Below are positions 36,601 through 47,243 of a stretch of 64,000 nt of DNA, one piece after another (the stretch's first letter is position 1; each line of letters begins with the position of its first letter). The notes beneath the pieces were generated by a model. It had not been told where the DNA came from. It did no database searches and saw only the letters and a program-made list of their open reading frames with translations. The translations under genes were made by a program, and so were the position numbers. This stretch comes from Amoebophrya sp. A120 (Eukaryota > Protista > Dinoflagellata), in NCBI GenBank assembly GCA_905178155.1, contig CAJINV010000001.1, positions 10,011,432-10,075,431 on the forward strand, written 5' to 3'.

Positions 36601-38228
36601 AGAAAAACTGGAGCCAGGAGGAGGCGCGGTTCATCGAGCAGAACCGAGAAGGCGATTTCAGCGGAACAACCTTGTCGAAGCAGCATTTGCCACAACCAGT
36701 TTGTCTGCATCACCCGCAGACTCGACTGGTGTTTCCGATGAGCCAGGGACGACCGCAGTACTCGCCGTTGGGGGCGGTGTACGAGAAAGAGGTACTAAAT
36801 TGATGCGTGGTGATTTGTTTTGTTTTGAATACCAGGATCGATCAGCGAATAAAACCTGCGACTCGTGTCAATGCTCTTCATTGCTCTTAGTTTCATCTTC
36901 AGCGAATTCCAGCAGGCGTATTCCATTCATATCGAACAGCTTTCGGACGGGCGTGCGGGCGTCGACAGCGAGAACAATCGCGCGGTGACACGCAGCGCCC
37001 GGCGACTGGTTCTCGTAACTCTGCTGTACGGCAAGAACTGGTCTGAGGTACTGCCAATCATGCTCGGACGGCTCTACGGGCAGCTGCAGATCACGTATCC
37101 GATGGTTGTTGTGAGTGTGGGCGAAACCGCCTACACCACATGTTTGAAATACCAGACCTACGGCCGCGTGGGGTGCTGGCAACCGAAAACAGAGTCACAG
37201 GTATTTTTGGGGTTTTGCAACGACGGTTTCTTTCGGTTTCGTCCTGTTTTTCCTTTTCGTTCGGGATGAAAACCTTGCCTGTTCCGTTTCTCTACTAGAA
37301 AATGTTTTTCCACACTACAAAAAATACCAGGTGCACCGCTTCACGATTATCTTCTTTCTGATGCAGCTCGGTTTGGAAATTCTGTATTTCGACATGGACA
37401 CGTACGCGGTCCAGGATTTTATCACGCCAATAGTCGAGTACGCTGACCGGGGAAACCACGACATCCTGTTCCCACAGCATCCCGACGGGCCCTGCATCAA
37501 CATTGGATTGTATTCGGTTTTTTCATCTACCTCGCGTGTTCCATGCAGTGTCAAACTGATTTCGTTTATAACCAAAGAGCCAGCTGCAGCTCCCATGAAG
37601 ACGTTGTTCATTTCTACAAAAGGTTCTATTTCCGTCCCACGATTCTGACGCTGCAATGGTTCCACGACTTTTTGGAGTGGTATCACTCGTACCCGTACGA
37701 AGTAGACCAGAGAGGCTTGGACGCACTTACCTACGCAAACTCGACGTTGAAGGTCTCGCACCAGCCAAGGAGGGTAGACATGTCGGTGGCCAGCCCATAC
37801 TGGGTAGAAATGAAAGCTTTTTTTGATGTTGGTTGTGACAAGCAGTGTGTGTATGTGTGATGGAATAAAATCCCAAAAAGCAGAAGCGACGAGAAACGTC
37901 ACTAAAACACGCAAAACAGGTCGACAGCCTGCGCACATACGTGATGATGGCCCCGCGGGGACCGTGGATGGGGGACCACTACAACGTGAAGTTCATTCAC
38001 TGGTTTTCCCGCACGTTTGACGACAAGTGGCCGGAAATCCAGATTGCCTACAACGCCGGCGACCGTGCGGCCAACGAGGGCATGTCGTTGTCGCAGGCGA
38101 TGCGCTTGCTGAAGAACCACCCGGAACTCGCCGAGAAAAACGAGAACTTCCGGGACATCAAAATGCTCATGGATGTCATGGACATCTACAAGGTGGACAA
38201 AGTACCCGAGAAACCCAAATGCTGGTAA
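33633..38228 (+). CDS. Large secreted or lumenal protein with C-terminal nucleotide-diphospho-sugar transferase (GT77-like) domain; 5 exons
   Basis: Signal MLVAAALVSIFTALSVLLALL; introns ~36792-36915, 37201-37330, 37510-37622 and 37804-37919; GLEILYFDMDT (DxD), CINIGLFYFRPT, VDQRGLDAL, FIHWF. Confidence 0.8.
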
Positions 38229-38747
38229 AAAATTACTGGCGAGACAAGTAGTTGGTGAAGACACCCGCATCGAGGGAGTGACGATTGAATATGTTTGTGA
38301 GCATCGAGTGCGTTTTCTAAAGTGAGCAAATTTGTCATCGAATAGAGGTAAGTACTACGCAACGAACAAAACAGACTAGTTTGAACAGTTACTCGGAATG
38401 GAAGAAGAAAGATTGTCATTACTTTTTTTCAAACAGGGCCGCGTAATTGCAATTTTAAAAAAATGGTCACGCTTTCGGTGTTTTTTCGAATGATTCGGAA
38501 GGAGTCATGCAAATGAAGTACCTCAGGAAATAATCGTCGTCCGATATGTCGAAAACAGGAGGGATCATCGTTTCGCTTTCGTCTGGAAAAAGTTTTAGCC
38601 CTTTCGAATTCCCAAAAACTCGTGCAGTACCCAAATTACGAAGAAAGAATCAGAATCTTGTCACAAAAAAATAGTTGCAGTTTTCGTTTTTTTTGGAAGC
38701 GCTTGATAAACAACTAGGGGGTAGAGGGGTGCTTTAAGAAAAGAAAA

Positions 38748-39295
38748 ATGCCTCCGCCAGGCAAATCGCCGATGGCGCGCACGGGAGAGCCGATGATGAC
38801 GCGTTGCGCATCGGAGCCGCTCGAGCGCTTTGGCAGCTACCAAAGGATGTGGGAGTTGAGGCTTCAGCCCCAGACACTCAACGTCTACCCGAGTCAATTT
38901 GCGGTGACTGACATCAAGATGCAAGACAAGCACCAGACGCAATACCAAAGCTACGAGACGCTCAAGTATTGTTTGTTTTAGTTTTCGTTGTCCCTTCACC
39001 ATCTTGTGACTTAGACTTCTATCGAGGTGATCTTGATTGCAGAAGATAAAGATGTACATCGGAAATCATCACAAAATCAATTTGTCTGAGGCAACACCGA
39101 GTAAAGCACACACGGTGTCTGCATCACGCCAGTGACACTTTCGGGAAGGCCTACACCACTTCGCACGAGTACGGCTGGCACTACAATAAGACGCAGCCTA
39201 AGCGCGAAGAGCTGTGGTACCCAATCAGTTCCAGTCCCATGACCAAGTTTTACGACAACCTGACCCAGATCGGGATCAAGCTCGGCAAAAAGTAA
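38748..39295 (+). CDS. Small ciliary microtubule-inner-protein-like gene (TEX49/SPMIP11-like motifs); 2 exons
   Basis: Intron 38966-39132; exon 2 reads DTFGKAYTTSHEYGWHY...LWYPISSSPMTKFYDNL...KK*. The TxxxYGW and PxxxSxMTxFxD motifs are typical of axonemal inner proteins. Confidence 0.65.
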
Positions 39296-40051
39296 GGCGC
39301 CACCCATTAATTTTACCCCTCCCCGTTTCTTGCAATGCGGCTCCTCTTACCGCGATATTTTTTGTTGTATCATTCAATGTTTCTGCTGTACTTTTCTCCT
39401 CTGATCTTTATCCTACTCATTCTGATGAAACTCTACTTCTGCGGAACGAACACCTCATCAAAGATTCTTATGATTACAATCAACGCACGTTTCTACTTCT
39501 AGTTGGATCGTGAGAGAACTTTCAGTTGGCAAGAGCTACTGAGACCGGTAAATGAACGACGAAAACGCACACAAAAGTTTATTCTAGACTAAAACTTTCA
39601 TCGAGCTTCTTCTCGCTTCTAAGTTTTTGCTACCTGTATTACGTGTGGAATTTTGCCACACCAAAGGAGTTGTTTTGGAAATCCGGAACTTACGATTGGC
39701 GACACTATGTTCGGCCAATCAGACGCCAGGCGTGTCCGTGCGGCAGAGAGAAGAGCGACAGACCCCGAGTGAATAAAGTATGTGTCAAGTAATATTCGTG
39801 CCGATTGAGCGACAAAATCCGAAGTCATGCCTTCATCGCTTCGTCCGTGTACCGAAATGCCATGTCGTACTTGCGAAGCGACATGGCTTCTCGAGAGGAC
39901 ATACAAGCTCAATCTCGCGTTTGCCTTTTGTTCGCGTTAGGGTTCGACACAGTCTTTCGATCACCAGACGGGAATGTTTGTCGATGCAACAGCATTAGAG
40001 GAATAAGTATCGAAGGACTACTACTCTCTACTGGCCATAAAAATTCCAACC

Positions 40052-41496
40052 ATGAGCTCGTCCGACAGCAGTTTCTCACCTCCGCGCGACAAAAGCGCGC
40101 AGAAGAAGAAGAAGGCCGCTGCCAGCTCGTCTTCGGACTCCTCCTCGGGGTCCTCTGGGTCTGATACCGGCTCCCCGTCGACCCGAAATAAAAACTCTCC
40201 AGCACCAAAAAGTGCAGCCAAGCTGACCGCACTTCCACTGGGGAAGATAAGTCGGCGCGGGTCCACGTCGCCCTCTAGTCGGAAGACCACGGAAAGGAAA
40301 GTATCCATTAGCGAGCGGACGCAGGAGCTGAATTACAGTCGCAGAACCCCGATAGAGACAGCGGCGCAGCAAGGCAGCACGGGAATAAACAAGAAGGTTG
40401 CGTCGAGCGCGCGAAGCAGTGTAGCAAAGAAATCGGGCGTCACTTCTTCTTCGAGCGACGATGATAGCGCTTCCAAAAGTCGCCCGACCACGGTTCGGCG
40501 GTCGAGTCCCGGGGGGAAATCTAGTGCGAGAAAAAGTGAGGGTGCAGCCGGGCAGAAGTCACAGAAGTCGTCCTATCGCAGCGGCAAAACGGTGCTGGAC
40601 AACTGGGATAGTAAAAACAAAGAAAGTTACAGCAGGCCAAGTTCCCGAGGAGCGAAGGCTGCATCACCGCCGAAACTGACGACAAGTGCGCGCAAATCTT
40701 CCGGTGGTGGTGGGAAAAGCACGAATAATTATAACCTCGCGGATAAAGAGAGTCCGAAGCGCGAGGCGGCACAGCTTTCGCCCAAGATGAGTCGGCGGAC
40801 AAGGCCAGCGACGCATCGCTCGTCGCCTCCGGGAACGCCGCCACCGCAGGGCGATAGCACGGACAACACGGATTTGGTGCAGGTTGTGGAAAAAACGAGC
40901 TCTGCAGGGACAAGAATCCGTGCAAGCGGAGGCGCGAGTGTAGCTCTGGCGGTGCCAGACGTGGACGAGAATGTGCTAGAGTTGCCGGCTGTGAACCTTG
41001 ACACCAAAGCTGCTGCATTGCGCGCTAAACTGGAGGATTCGGAGTTTGTGGAAAAATTTCGGGGCGCAATAGGAAAGTGCGCGAAAGAACGAATCGTGCC
41101 TGCTGGTAAGAGTGCTTTAGGTTACCCGAGCCTTTGGCTTTGCGATGCCTTTTGTTATCTCAATCTTTTCTAAATTTACCTTGTGATTACAAATTCTGTC
41201 CATTCCCAACAATATCAGGTCCAACGATCGCGGCCATCCTTCGGGGCAGAACCGCGTCCACCGCAGACGGCGAGAGCTCCCCCGCAGCGAAGTCTGGCCC
41301 AGTTCGTGACTACCTTGCACGACATGTGTTTCCATTCCTAGAGGACGCATTGGTCGAGGCACTGGTGCAGGAGGGGACTGGCGATTTCGGCGAAGCCCTC
41401 GCTGAAAAAGTCCTAGCGCACGGCGGCACGAACGTCGAACTCCTGTCACAGCGCCATTCGACAAGCAGCCCAGGGGGTGAAGTGAGTAGCACGTGA
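40052..41496 (+). CDS. Ser/Lys-rich disordered protein with C-terminal Dpy-30/RIIa-like dimerisation motif; 2 exons
   Basis: Intron 41106-41218 keeps frame; PVRDYLARHVFPFLEDALVEAL...LAEKVL. Confidence 0.7.
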
Positions 41497-42255
41497 GCAG
41501 GTGGGTGTTCGTATCACTAAAAACAGTTTCAGAATGATTAGTTTGCAACACCTCGACATCGCGTATCAAGGATCAGGTTGCTTTGAATGCTCGCGGAATG
41601 AACGCAAACGCAATTTTCCGATTTCAAGAATGCCCCAGAGTTCGTAAATTAATAGAAAAAAGGACGGGGCATGTTGCCGCGAGAAAACATGTTTTCAAGA
41701 AGTACGATGTGTCTTGAACAAATTTTATCGGTTCAAGTCTGTCAGTGAAGCAAGTCAGATGAGCCAGGCTGCGTGCTTGACGACGGTGAGCGGAAGAGCG
41801 GGAAAAAGTTGCACCACTGCATGAAGAGCTAAAATACTTAGCTACAGTGTGGCTGAGAAACTAGAATTATCCTCTAATCCAAAATTCCAATTCACAATTG
41901 CAACGACGAGCCAAAAAACTATGTCCGCCAAAGCTTTGCACTCGCTGCAGGCGCCGATTGGCCGTGCGCCGTGGCGCTTAGAACGAATCAGCCAGCACGT
42001 GGCTTCTCGGAAGGTATTCCCTAGCTTTTGCCATTGTGGATTTCTCCGTATGGATTGATACAACGATGCTAATGTAGCAGTGTCCCTTACGAATACGAAT
42101 CAATCGGGATTCTTCTCTGGGGTCGCAGTTTTTGTACTGTTGGCCTTCGTTTATGAATCCAAGAATAAATTGAGACTCTCTGATCCATCGTGCGATCAAC
42201 CGACCGTACTTGTGGCTTGCTGCAAGGCGCTCAGTTCTCGTATTGATTCATGAGA

Positions 42256-43725
42256 ATGTCACCGTAGGCGTAGATCGCAGGTGTCGTTTTCTGGATAACA
42301 GACAGTCCTACATCCGAGATGAGTCTTCAACATCAAATTCACCCGGGCACTGCATAGTAAGTACTTCTCCCTCTCTCAAAAATCGAGGTCACTTCTGAAG
42401 CCGCTCCGCTTGCGCAGCGAGTCGCGGGTTCCGCTTCCAGAAAGCCAATCGTTGTGACTTTGATAGGGTCCGGCAACAGTGCGCATGTGTGCGCCAGTTT
42501 GTTCGAGAAGAATACGGCGGGAAATGTCGAGACGCAACTGTTGACCAGCGATCCAGCGGTTTGGGTGGAGAACCCGGAAGTAGTGTTTCCGAACGGCGCG
42601 AGGCAGTACGGGAAAATCAGCAAGAAGAGCGACAATCCCGCAGACGTCATCCCCAATGCGGATATTGTGCTCTGGACCGGCCCGGTGTTCTGCACGGTGT
42701 CCGTTTTCGAGAAGATCAAACCTTTTGTCGACGTGCAGCGCACGAAGATCGGCACGATTTTTGGGCAAGGCTTAGTCCACTTGTCCGCATCCCGCGTTTT
42801 CGGCCCCCACGTGAAGTTCTTCGCGCTGCGCAACATCCCCTGGCTCTGCAGACTGGTCGAGAAGGGGCGAAAGTGCGAGATTGTCGGTCCGAAAACAACC
42901 CTCGACGTCGCACTGCTCGGGTTCGAAGAATTTGAGAAGGAAAATTTCCTGCAGGAACAGCTGCATCCCTTGTTTCACTGTTTTCACGGCATCGGGAAAG
43001 CGGAGCCGGTGCTCCAACTTCTCCCAGATTTTACTCCGATCGTCTTCAACCCAGCGAACCAAATCATCCACCCGGCGGCCTACTGGGGTCACTTCCGCAG
43101 CTTCGACGGCGTGAACGGACTACCGCTGGGTCCGGTCGTCGGGGAGTATCTGTATCGCGGAATGACCGAAACGGCGGGGGAATTACTGCTAGAGCTGGAC
43201 AAGGAGTTGCAGGGCATCAAGAACGCGTATTCCACCGCGGTTGGACCTGAATTTTCCAGAGGCTGCGACCTTGTGTCTCCTCTCGAAACGCGGTTACTGA
43301 AGCAGTACGGGGACCAGATTGCGGATAAGAGTTCCATGGCGAAAATGGTGGGGACGAACCAAGCGTACAGCATGGCGAAGACGCCCCACGTGAAGGGAGC
43401 TGCGGGTCGTGAAGATGCTTCTTCTTCGTCCGGGGTTTTTCCGGCAAAGAATCATCGGGTGATGCAGGACGATATCGGGTGGGGGCTGTGCGTGTTACTG
43501 TCGGTTGCGGAAAAGTTGGAAATACAGTTGAAAAAACGTATTCCGACGACGATGATCCGGGCGATGATTGAGTGGCACCAGGTGATCATGGAGAAAGATT
43601 TTCTCCGCGATGGGAAATTGATCGGCGAAGATTGCGAGAGTGTGGTCCTGCTGCGACCGACGGATCCTTTAGAGGCTGTCTCCGGGGTCGGCGGGAAGTC
43701 CGGGGTATTGCACGCAGATCTCTAG
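42256..43725 (+). CDS. Opine (octopine/tauropine-type) dehydrogenase
   Basis: Rossmann start VTLIGSGNSAH; NADIVLWTGP; NPANQIIHP; LYRGM; HRVMQDDIGWGLCVL. The start is uncertain: proposed micro-exon 42256-42263 plus intron 42264-42440 gives MSPKPIVVTLIG. Confidence 0.85.
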
Positions 43726-44917
43726 TGCTCCTCGATCCAGTACGATGATCCAAATGTAGAACTACAATGGATGTAGATCCATACGAGAATACCATGCTAT
43801 GATGTGTATCATGCATGAGAGATGATGAAGAACACCATGTGAATGATACGAACGTGAATGATGTACAGGTGTAGCCAAAGTGGCTTTCCTATAGAAGAAT
43901 AAACCATAAGCATTCCATAGCCGCACGGCACGGCGATTAACTCTGTTCTACTCGGATCGTACTCGTTTGGGTCTTGGTTTCTAGTTCACACGGGGGGTCA
44001 AAAAGCCCGTCCGCGGGGAATAAGATGTCGAAGAAAGATTGGAGCGCGGTGGCGATTGCGGCGGTGTATAGTACTTAAGTAAATGGCTGGAAATGTATGG
44101 TTGAAGAAGAAAATTCCAGCGCACTTTCGGATAACAGGATCAACGGGAAACCGACGACGCAGTAGCAAGTTATTTTAGTCACAGGTATAATTTCGAAAGA
44201 GTGGTAATAGGCATGAGTAAGCGAATAAAAGTGAAAACGCATCAAGAAATTTTTGAAACGCTGTGTATCGTGTGTCTTTGTGAAAAACAGGGACACAGAG
44301 GAAGAAAACAAAACGCGAAGATCATGAAAAGAAATACATAGAAGCTGTAGAGAACATTAACGTAATATGTCAACGTGCAAGGCAAACCAAAGAGGTGTCG
44401 TCCTTTCAAGCGCATTCTCGTCCACAATCGTTCTCGCCAATACGGTGTACTCTTGATTGTTCTGCCTCACCATTTCGTCCATGAAAATCTCATTTGCAAT
44501 CGTGACATGGCACCAAAAGAGAAAAACATCGGTCCTCAAGGTCAACTTCGAATACAAGTTGCTAAAAGCACCTCGAAGCCCAAACGGTTTTTCGCATTGT
44601 GGTCGATGATCCCTTTATTTCAAACAGAAAGAGCAGGTCTTTTTCTCCCACACCACTTTCGTGCAAGAGGAAACCCAAATTCAAATTGCGCCCCCTTGAA
44701 ACTAAATTTGCTTCTTATCTTGATGTCGGCGTTCAAATGAGATGCTTCGCATCCATTTGCTTCGCCTTGACGTCGGTAAGGAAACGCGACGTGAAGATGA
44801 TACAAGTACAAGTAGACTCTAGATAGATCCTGCTGCAAGCTGCAGTGATTTTTTGTACCTTGTTTTTTCTTTTCGTAGTTGTTCTCGCCGAGCTCGCGGG
44901 TAATTTATTAGAGCAGG

Positions 44918-46736
44918 ATGTCGCGTCTCAGCCCGATCAACAAAATCGGGCTTACCGGGCGATGGGAGCGCATCCCGTATACCAGCGTGCCGAACAATGT
45001 CGATTTGAAGAAGCACCAGATGCACGGCGAGGGGACTGTTTGGCTTCCGAAGGAAGGCGTGTGGTACGACTTCAAGTCGCAGTTTTACTTCGACCCGAAG
45101 AGAGGCCTTTGGTACAACCCCCGGTCCGGTCTGTGGAACCAGCCGGGGGAGCCGGATTGGTTCGAGCTGAAACGGGACGGGTCCGTGCCCGGTTTCGACG
45201 AGCGCGACCCTGTGGAAGAAACGGTGTACGTGGATGAGGAGGGTAACTTTGAGAACGAGGAGGGAAGGCTGATCTACGTCAACCCCTACGGCTTTTACCA
45301 GCATTTCGAGGGCAACGCGCTGGAGAAGTACCGCTTCGAATTTCGCCACCACGCGGTTTCCCCGACAAACGACAAGCAGGAGGAGCACGACGTGGAGTAC
45401 ATCTACTGCTACAAGGAGGAGGGGACTGGCGAGGTCCAGTATTTTACGGCAACGGGATTGCTCGTCGAACCTTTGGGAAGTGGTAAGTACAAGTACGTTT
45501 TGCAGAACGAAGAGGTGCAGCGACCCGTGATCATCAGGAACGAAATCCCGGACATCATTCTGAATCCGCCCAAGGAAAAGGGCTTCTTCGACGTGACCGA
45601 CGACGAGGCAGAGGGGTCCCAGGCGGACTCGCAGGCAGAGAGGAGGAAAGAGGAAGCGGCGGAGAAGAAAAAAGCCGAAGCTGAGGCAGCGGCTGCCGCA
45701 GCGTCTGCCGCAGCGCCGTCGTCGCCGGAGGGAGCGACTTGTAGTGAGTTTGTTTTATTGATTTTAGTACATTTCTTGTCGATTTTTTCACCGAGTTTTG
45801 ATGAAATAAAAAGCAGAAAAATGTTCTATCTAGCGGCAGAATGTATGAATCTTCCTTCGATATGAAACAAACATTAAAACAGCTCCTGCGTCGTCCACCG
45901 CTAAACAGGAATTGAAGGAAAAGAAAGCCGCGGAAAAAGCTAAAAAGGCTGCAGCGGACCGGCGGAAGGCGCCCGATCGCTCGTACTCACCGGAGGCTTA
46001 CGCGGAGCAGGCTGCGCACAAAGAGAAACTACGCAAACAGCACCTGGACACGCTGAAGACGCCGAAGTTTGGCGGGAGCCGTCCGGTCGGGCGGCATTTG
46101 CCGGATACGCTCGAGGACATCATTGAGCACATGAAACGCGGCGATTTGATGAAGTTCGCAAACGACGACGAGGTGAGCGCGCTTCTGAGGAACGCAAACT
46201 TGCCCCCGACGCACTACCCGTTTAAGCGTCCTCCGGCACAGAAACCAATTCTCGTCTACGACCACAACCGGCCGCAGCAGGGCGACCCGCGGCAAAGTCG
46301 TCCACCGTGCATGAACTTCTACGCGGGGACCTGCAAGAGAGGCGATTTTTGCTACTGGCGCCACGACGAGGAGCCGAAGCGGAAGGGCAAGCCGGCGGCG
46401 GAAAATAAGGTGTTCTTCGACACCCTCGACTGTCCGAAAAGGCACGGGGTGACGCTGCTGAAGATGTTTCCAAGAAAGGGGTACGTGTGTGACGTCTGCG
46501 AGAAGGAAATCCCGATGTACAGCAACGTGTACCAGTGTCGGATGAATCGATGCAAGTTTGACTGCTGCCCGCGCTGCGCGAACGGTGCAAAGCAGATCAA
46601 CTGCATCGCCGTAAGGGACATGAGCGACGAGACCCCGGACAATCCGACGCCGGCACCCTCGGAGGTAATCTGCGAGGAGGTGTACGACGAGGACGAGTTT
46701 TCGTCTCGCCGGGGCCGCAGTCGCGGGAGCCAATAG
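44918..46736 (+). CDS. Protein with OCRE-like aromatic repeats, a CCCH zinc finger and a ZZ-like zinc finger; 2 exons
   Basis: GVWYDFKSQFYFDPKRGLWYNPRSGLW; CMNFYAGTCKRGDFCYWRH; CDVCEKEI...YQCRMNRCKFDCCPRC; intron ~45744-45882. Confidence 0.78.
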
Positions 46737-47243
46737 CATCGGATAGATTTTTTTTGGAAGACTGACACTGTAGGATTTTTGGATCAGTTTCCACCGTGTT
46801 TCCGGGAGAAGTACGGATGAAAAACTTGTACAATTACCTTTGGGCATTTTTTCGCTATAGATTGGGCGATTTTTCATCGAGCTTTGGCTTTGTTTTGTCA
46901 CAGGCTTGAGCAGTCGTGGCGACTCGTGTTTGCAGATTTTCGCTATATTACAGCTTTGCGTGTTCTTCAAAAGTACGAGTCTGTAGCACTTCGGCCAGTG
47001 TCGGGTAAAATGTCGAGAAAAAGTACCTTTGGTGTCGGATTCGCTTCTGTGCTCTACTAGAGGGAGAATACAGAGGGAACAGCATTGGGTAATTACCGTC
47101 GAGAGCTGGAATTGAAAACAAGAGCGTGTCTGCTTCTAGTGCCTTTCGGAGTGTTGACGCCATTTTCTCCAGCTCCTTCTCAGACCCCGTACGAGGAGGT
47201 GAAATTAAGAGGAGCCATTTCCAAACTTGCTGCCACAATTACT

